DNA from: Octopus sinensis
Lineage: Eukaryota
NCBI RefSeq assembly: GCF_006345805.1
Contig: NC_042997.1
Location: 134,726,001-134,790,000 of the forward strand
DNA: 64,000 bases
Direction: 5' to 3'
Position numbers and translations under genes: made by a program. Under the pieces are notes generated by a model. It made no database searches. It had not been told where the DNA came from and worked only from the letters and a program-made list of their open reading frames with translations. Of this stretch, positions 56,989 to 64,000 are shown in pieces. Position 1 is the stretch's first letter, and each line of letters begins with the position of its first letter.

Positions 56989-57434
56989 GTAAATATTTAT
57001 TTCGTATATTTTTCACTTGTTTATTGTTTTGGTTTTGTGTTGAGTTTGATCTGAGAACATAGACTTTTTGTGGAGAATGGCGATTTGACGTCTATATCTA
57101 GCATGTTGACTGTCCACTTTTTCGTGTTCAGTCCTTAATTGGTATATATAAATATTTTAATCTTCGGATTCTTTCTTTAATATGCTAGACCACTGGTTCT
57201 AATTGATAAATATCAATTTTTACCCTAAATTTAATGTTATATAAATATTTGTTCTCTAACCGATAAATTAACTGCTGCTAACTATTAGCTGCAGGCTAGT
57301 TTTCTCGGGTCTCATCGCGCCAAAATTAGAGACATTTGAAATATATATTTCAAATGTAATAGGCCGTACTCCATGCACGCGATATTTCGGTATCGTGTTG
57401 GCATTTAGTACAGCAAATTACATTTTATATGGGA

Positions 57435-57500
57435 CCATGCTGATGATGGCTGCACTTTTCCTTGCGGAAAATAACAGCCGAAACTGAATTTAGTACATGG
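57435..57500 (+). ncRNA. Type I hammerhead ribozyme (copy 3), GUA site after 57495
   Basis: Identical to copy 2, 512 nt downstream. Confidence 0.88.
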
Positions 57501-57639
57501 GTAAATATTTTTCACTTGTTTATTGTTTTGGTTTTGTGTTGAGTCTGATCTGAGAACATAGACTTTTTGTGGAGAATGGCGATTTGACGTCTATATCTAG
57601 CATGTTGACTGTCCACTTTTTCGTGTTCAGTCCTTAATT

Positions 57640-57684
<45 letters not shown>

Positions 57685-58388
57685 CCAAGAGAACTAGAGG
57701 TTATGAATCCAACCAACTAAGGGATAATATCTATCCAATATACTGCTGGTAGAATAAACAATTATTAATACACTAGTGTTTTTTCTTTACATGGAAATTA
57801 CACTCCTGAATGTAATAAATGTGTGAAGGTAAACCGTTTTTTACCTTTAATTTATACAGCAATAAGAAAATGCAGGGGATCAAGAGTTGGTATTCATCAA
57901 CTTTTAGACATTATATTATGTCTATTTATTTATTTTTATAAAAACAATTATAATCCATACATATACAACGTATTATGCTTTACATATATAATATGTAATA
58001 TATAAAGTACCAGTAATTATTAAAATATATAACGTAGAGCATAGAAAGTAGGATAGTCTGTTACAGCTGTTTCAGCCAAGAGGCCAAAAGTACCCCTCTC
58101 TACTTCCATCCCGTCAGTGAACTGAAGTATTTGGTAGATAAGATTAAGGTACTTGGGTGTGTCTCTGGGCTTCGTCAGTTTTGTCAGTGAGCACACACAA
58201 ACATTCACACTCACACACACATTCATTGCCTTTTATTTGTGTTTATATGTATCTTTGTGTGTGCGTGAGTATGTATTGGTGTGTGTGTCACTGTTGAAGT
58301 CGCTCCTTCAACTTCACACACACACACACACATTCATTGCCTTTTATTTGCGTGTATGTGTATCCATGTGTGTGCATGAGTATGTATT

Positions 58389-58437
<49 letters not shown>

Positions 58438-59619
58438 CTGTTGAAGGCGTTCCTTCAACTCGTTTGTGTATATATTGGCTTAGTGGTATAAGAATGTTTT
58501 GAAACTGTGACTATGATGCAAGTTTCGAGTACTTGTTAACTTTTTTCTCCTCGTCTTCTAATAGTAATTACCCAACTTTCTAGGTTCTTCTCACAGATAT
58601 CCCGCGTTCAAAAATTATACGGGTATTTAAAAAAAAATTTAATTCAATAAATATGGTTTTTATATAACGCATACATTAATAGAATAAAATATCGGTTTTC
58701 CAAAAAGCGAATTAAAACCTAAAAGAGAAAGCGAAAGACTTTGCAAATGAAACTGGAATACTCCGCAGTGAATGCAATTAATATTTAAATCTGTGAAGAA
58801 TTGGACGCAGTGAATGCAATGAGTATTTAAATTTGCGAGAAATTGGAGTTACGAAAATTCAAAAAACTTGAGAAATCGAAGTTATAGGAAATTTCTGAGA
58901 ACATGAATTTATAAAAATATTTTCAGACGGTCAATCCTTTAATAATTGCTTTCTTTTAGTACTTTTAATAATTGTTACATACGTAATTAATAAGCAACAT
59001 CGCCATAGTTAATAGCTTCAAAATGTGCAAATTTTTGGTATTTTTAGCCACAGACATATAGGTACCTGTTTTCATAGTAACAGGACATGCATTGGGAACT
59101 TTCCTGTATAAAACATGTATATTTACCAAATATTTCATTTGCTTACAATTTGTTTTTCTGCTCTTAAAACTACATAGTGTATTGTTTACTCTTTTTTCGC
59201 ATTAAATGCATATTGAATACTCAAAACTACGAAATATGTTTGTTCTTTACTGAAATTTTTGGTTATTTTCGCTTATTAAATATTTAAAACACGTGCTATC
59301 GTCGCAATGCTGGCATTATTGTTTTGTCGTCTTACGATAGCAGTCATGCACGAAATGACAAGTCCCAAATCTTGTTTTCTGACAGTGTGAAAATGATCAA
59401 ACTTTAAATCTCTGCAACTTAAAAAAAAAAATCAGAGACAAGTGAATTAGGCCCTCAGATTTAGCATGAAAAATTACATCAAAACATCAAATTTGAAAAT
59501 ATTCACTTAATTTTAACATTTCAAAAAGTGCAGCCAAACAAAAAAGATCCGAATGGGGATCCGCAAAAATATTTTTAGGGTCCCTGAAAAAAATTTGCTT
59601 TAGATTTATGTATTAGTAT

Positions 59620-60960
59620 GTATTGCAAGAAACAGCTATGGAAAGTTCTGAAAAAGCTTGGTACACCTGACAAGATGTGGAATGTTATCATCTTTCATGA
59701 GGGAATGAAGGCTGCTCTCGTGTCCGGTGGGGAATCTTCGGCTTCATTTGACGTTAGAAACGGCACAAAGCAAGGTTGTGTTATAGCTCCTGTTTTGTTT
59801 GCATTCTTCTTTTCAGAGATGCTGAGTTATGCTTTTGGCGACATACAAAGTGGTGTCAAATCCCAGTTTCGAACAAGTGGTGGACTATTCAATCATCAGC
59901 GTTTCAAAGCCAGAACACTGCTACGCACCAGCATCATTCGTGACCTACTTTCTGCAGATGCTGCTGCACTAGTAGCGACTTCCTTAGAGGAAGCTCAGGA
60001 ACTTCTAGACCAGTTTCTGCTGTGTGTAAAGCCTTTGGTTTGACCATCAACATAAAGAAAATAGAAGCACTCCATCAACCTTGCCCTACTTTTAAACAGA
60101 TTCGAAGTGTCAAGCTGAAGCCACTGGTTCATGATTTTCCTGACAATTATGAGAAATCATTTACATATCTTGATAATAAAGTGAAAGTAGAGCGCTTCCC
60201 TTCGTGATGAAATCGTCAACAGTCTTGCAAAGGCAACCAAAGCATTTGGCAAAGTCCGCCATCGCCTATGGAATGAAAAGGGTATCAAACTTGATAACAA
60301 ACTACAGGTCTATAAAGCAGCCATTCTTACTACTCTCTTTTATGTCTCAGAATCGTGGATACCCTATAGACGACACATTAACTAACTAGACATCTTCCAC
60401 AAAGACTGCCTGAGGACAATCTGCAGTTATTCACTAAAAAACAGAGTTTCTGATGCCGACTTGTTTAGCAAGTGTAACATTGGTGGAACTGAGAGCTTCC
60501 TTATACAATCACAATTGCGCTGGGCAGGCCATGTCATCAGAATGAGTGACGAAAGAATACCCAAAGTCAGTTTGAGAATGGGCACAGGAACGTTGTTCGA
60601 CCATGGTCCAGCTATAAGGACAAGCTGAAGAGTAACCTCTTAGAAATGAAGAGAGCTCGCAACACCTTTGAGCGAACAGCCCTGGAACGAACAAATTGGA
60701 AGTCGTTATTTCAAAATAGTATTAAAAATCTTGCTGCAACCAGCATTAACAGGCTTCGGGGTGCAAAGCAAAGGAGAAAGGTGGCTGCAAATATATCACC
60801 GACACTGGCCTGTAATCTTCATACTTGCAACATCTGCAGCCTTTGTAAATCGTTGGCAGGACTTAAATGTCACATTCGACATAAGCATTATGACTGACAA
60901 AGAAAGAGTACGTTGTCGGAGCCTCATACAACGAAACGAAACCAACGGGAGAGTCCAGCA
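59620..60960 (+). mobile_element. 5'-truncated RTE-clade LINE
   Basis: LWKVLKKLGTPDK..SFDVRNGTKQGCVIAPVLF..FRTSGGLFN..RDLLSADAAAL (decayed FADD); C-terminal C2H2-like CNICSLCKSLAGLKCHIRHKH. Confidence 0.85.
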
Positions 60961-60985
60961 TAAATAAACATACATACATGCATGC

Positions 60986-61043
<58 letters not shown>

Positions 61044-61691
61044 ATGAGTGTATATTTGTTTCTGCGCATGTTTGTCCACCCACTACCGTTGCTGGATTGT
61101 TTACGCAGCGGCAACTTAGCGGTTTGGCAAAAGATATCGATATCATAAGTGCTAGATTTACAGAAAAAAAAAGTAGTGATTGATTTGGTTGACCAACCTC
61201 ATCAAGGTGGTGTCCCAGTATGGCCGTGTGGTCTCAATGCAATGATAAAGCAATTAAATAATGTAAGATAAATCATATGTAAGTAAAACAAGGGCCATTT
61301 AAAAGAACAACATCAGGAAATTTGTATTAAATATACACATTAAAGCAAGCATCACTTACTGCAACATCTTTTGTATCACCGACTGTATAACCTGTACAGG
61401 GATTCCAAGAATACTTTTGAAATTCTGAATCAATCGTGAATCTTTGAAGAGAAAAGGAAAAATATGTATATTAGATACAGAAGTAGTGTTTGCAAAAATT
61501 TGAATATAAACATTTACTTGATTACTAAAGGTTCCAGTGAAAATATTGGTAGTATAATTTTGTCAAAACTGTTCTCTGTGTTGCATCTTTACTGACACGC
61601 TGAGAGAACTATTTCGCACAACTGATGTAATCCATCAATTTGTGCTTGTTTATATAAACTGTATTTAACGTGTTATTTTTGTGAAGAGATT

Positions 61692-62124
61692 GGCGCAGGT
61701 GTGGTCGTGTGATAAGAAGCTTGCTTCCCAAACACATGGTTCTGAATTCTGTCCCATTGCGTGGTACCTTGGGCAATTGTCTTCTACTATAGCTTCAGGC
61801 CTACCAAAGGCTTGTGAGTGGATTTGGTAGACAGAAAATAAAAGAAGCCCGTTGTATATATTTGTGTGCGTGTGTATGTATATATATATATACATATACA
61901 TATGTGTGTGAGAGTGTTTCCCCCCCCCCACTGCTTGACAACCGTTGTTGGGGTGTTTACATCTCTGTAATTTAGCGGTGGGGCAAAAGGGAATGATAGA
62001 TAAATACTAGACTTTAAAAATAAGTTCTGTGGCCAATTTGTTCGACTAAACCCCTTTAAAGCAGTGCTCCAGCATGGCTTCCGTCAAATATACCTGAAAC
62101 TAGTAAAAGAATAAAAGAATAAAA
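61692..62124 (+). mobile_element. SINE family A (older copy); further 3' fragment at ~61020-61230
   Basis: Family A motifs. Confidence 0.75.
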
Positions 62125-62369
62125 TGTTCTGAGTCAAATTCTACCATTTTCTGATACACAAAACGTGATTGATTTTTAGTTGAATTTGTGAAATGTCAGC
62201 ACTCTCAGGAAAACGCTGCAATTACAAAAGGGGGAATCATCAAAAGTGTCATAATCCTGATTAAAAACATCTGCAACAGTTAAAGACTGAAAATCATTCT
62301 GTAACTTTATGGTTCTGTATGGAAGTGTAATAGACGGATACATTTACTTTGGACAACCAACATATAGAC

Positions 62370-62570
62370 CAGTGGTTTTAAACCAGGGTTCCGCCAGTAC
62401 AGTCCAAGGGTTCCGCAAGAAGTTACAAAACTGCTAAAATCGGCAGTAATTTTTAATTCTCCTGTGCAGATATGTGTGCATAAGACTATTAAATTATTGC
62501 ACACGGGTTCCTCGAACCAGTGGAATGCTTCCTTGGGGTTCCGCTCCAGCAAAAATGTTGAAAAGCACTG
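62370..62570 (-). mobile_element. hAT (Buster-type) MITE with 8-bp TSD atatagac
   Basis: Reverse complement of 50324-50542; TSD at 62362-62369 and 62571-62578. Confidence 0.85.
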
Positions 62571-62987
62571 ATATAGACAGTGGAGTGAACCTCAATTAAA
62601 ATCCTTGCTGCTTGCAGTATAGCAATTGACCTAATCCATGGCTGAGAAAAGAAACATGTATATATAAACTCAAGTATATAAAACCCCTTTGAGCATTGAG
62701 CAATGCGGCTGAATGACACCGGTATAAGTCGTGATGGGTTATGTGATAGTCGGAGAAGGGAAACAGAGAGAGAGAGAGAGAGAGAGAAAAGAAATTAAAA
62801 GAAGCAGAGTAAAGGAAAGACAGAGTGGCACAAAAATATTTCAAGAATATTTCTACAGATGGGTTAAAAATTAATGAGTGCGATTATCAGGATTAAATAA
62901 AAAGAAGACAACAAACGGAAACTATGACATACCTACATACAAATACATACACAAACACACACACACACAAACTCTCACACACACATA

Positions 62988-63380
62988 GGCGCAGGAGTGG
63001 CTGTGTGGTAAGTAGCTTGCTAACCAACCACATGGTTCCGTGTTCAGTCCCACTGCGTGGCATCTTGGGCAAGTGTCTTCTGCTATAGCCCCGGGCCGAC
63101 CAATGCCTTGTGAGTGGATTTGGTAGACGGAAACTGAAAGAAGCCTGTCGTATATATGTATATATATATGTGTGTTTGTGTGTCTGTGTTTGTCCCCCTA
63201 GCATCGCTTGACAACCGATGCTGGTGTGTTTACGTCCTCGTCACTTAGCGGTTCGGCAAAAAAGAGACCGATAGAATAAGTACTGGGCTTACAAAGAATA
63301 AGTCCCGGGGTCGAGTTGCTCGATTAAAGGCGGTGCTCCAGCATGGCCGCAGTCAAATGACTGAAACAAGTAAAGAGAGA
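62988..63380 (+). mobile_element. SINE family A, young full-length copy
   Basis: Intact A/B boxes, CpGs retained, canonical tail. Confidence 0.9.
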
Positions 63381-63558
63381 AAATATATATATATATATAT
63401 ATATATATCACTGGTCCTACAAAGTTATAATTGAAGACACTTGCCCACGATGCCACACAGTGGCTCTGTACCTGAAATCACGTGGTTGTGAAACGAACTT
63501 CTTAACATCACAGCTATGTCTGGTCCTATAAGTAAGGTAACATTTAGTAAATTTGGCC

Positions 63559-63715
<157 letters not shown>

Positions 63716-64000
63716 TTCACATATGTATGTGTGTAGGTTTTATGCATGTATGCATGTACGTTTATCAGTCAGGAAGTCCATTTGACATTCAGTCAGTTTT
63801 CATAAAATTTACTTGACTGAGTTTTTTTTCCCCTGAGGGTGGGGCGAACGAACTTTTATTAACCATAAATTTTTATAGGAAGAAAAGAAAAGGAAGAAAA
63901 AAGATTAAATTGTGGAGAAAGATCCCAGAGTTACTTCAACAAGGAAATAAAGAAAAAGAAAAAAGGTGGGGTGGGGTGGGGCGAATTCAGTCACAAATGA

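Larger units (their letters stand above)
56304..57650. mobile_element. Retrozyme-like non-autonomous element: ~499-bp unit in inverted plus tandem copies inside (TA)n
   Basis: Minus-oriented run 56304-56870 and plus-oriented run 56869-57650; near-identical copies; no ORF of 60 aa or more; three hammerheads. Confidence 0.85.

Noticed and set aside
56304-57650. CRISPR-like or tRNA interpretation of the repeats in the window
   Set aside because: No short repeat-spacer periodicity; SINE heads are tRNA-derived but no complete cloverleaf tRNA gene was found

Overview
AT-rich eukaryotic genomic DNA. The repeat content (abundant tRNA-derived SINEs, very long TA/CATA/CTAT microsatellites, LINE and DNA-transposon debris) looks like a cephalopod, probably Octopus; this is inferred from repeat recognition, not from a search. 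No host protein-coding exon could be supported, and most long ORFs in the track are microsatellite translations. Decayed mobile elements: two tandem Tx1/L1-like LINEs nested in the (CTAT)n of one SINE (25.3-32.5 kb), a HERO-like RLE retrotransposon (33.7-36.5 kb), an RTE LINE (59.6-61.0 kb), a Penelope-like GIY-YIG element (9.8-13.0 kb), Tc1/mariner and CMC-like transposase remnants, and hAT/piggyBac-like MITEs. The most interesting signal is a set of hammerhead ribozyme (HHR) motifs in small non-coding Penelope-like/retrozyme elements. The best case is at 56.3-57.65 kb: an ORF-less ~499-bp unit in tandem plus inverted copies, with three complete type I hammerheads. The two same-strand hammerheads would release a 512-nt monomer, a circRNA candidate. 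A second hammerhead at 46.2 kb carries a compensated U3:A8 core pair inside a long fold-back. All structures were folded by eye, and SINE and remnant boundaries are approximate.
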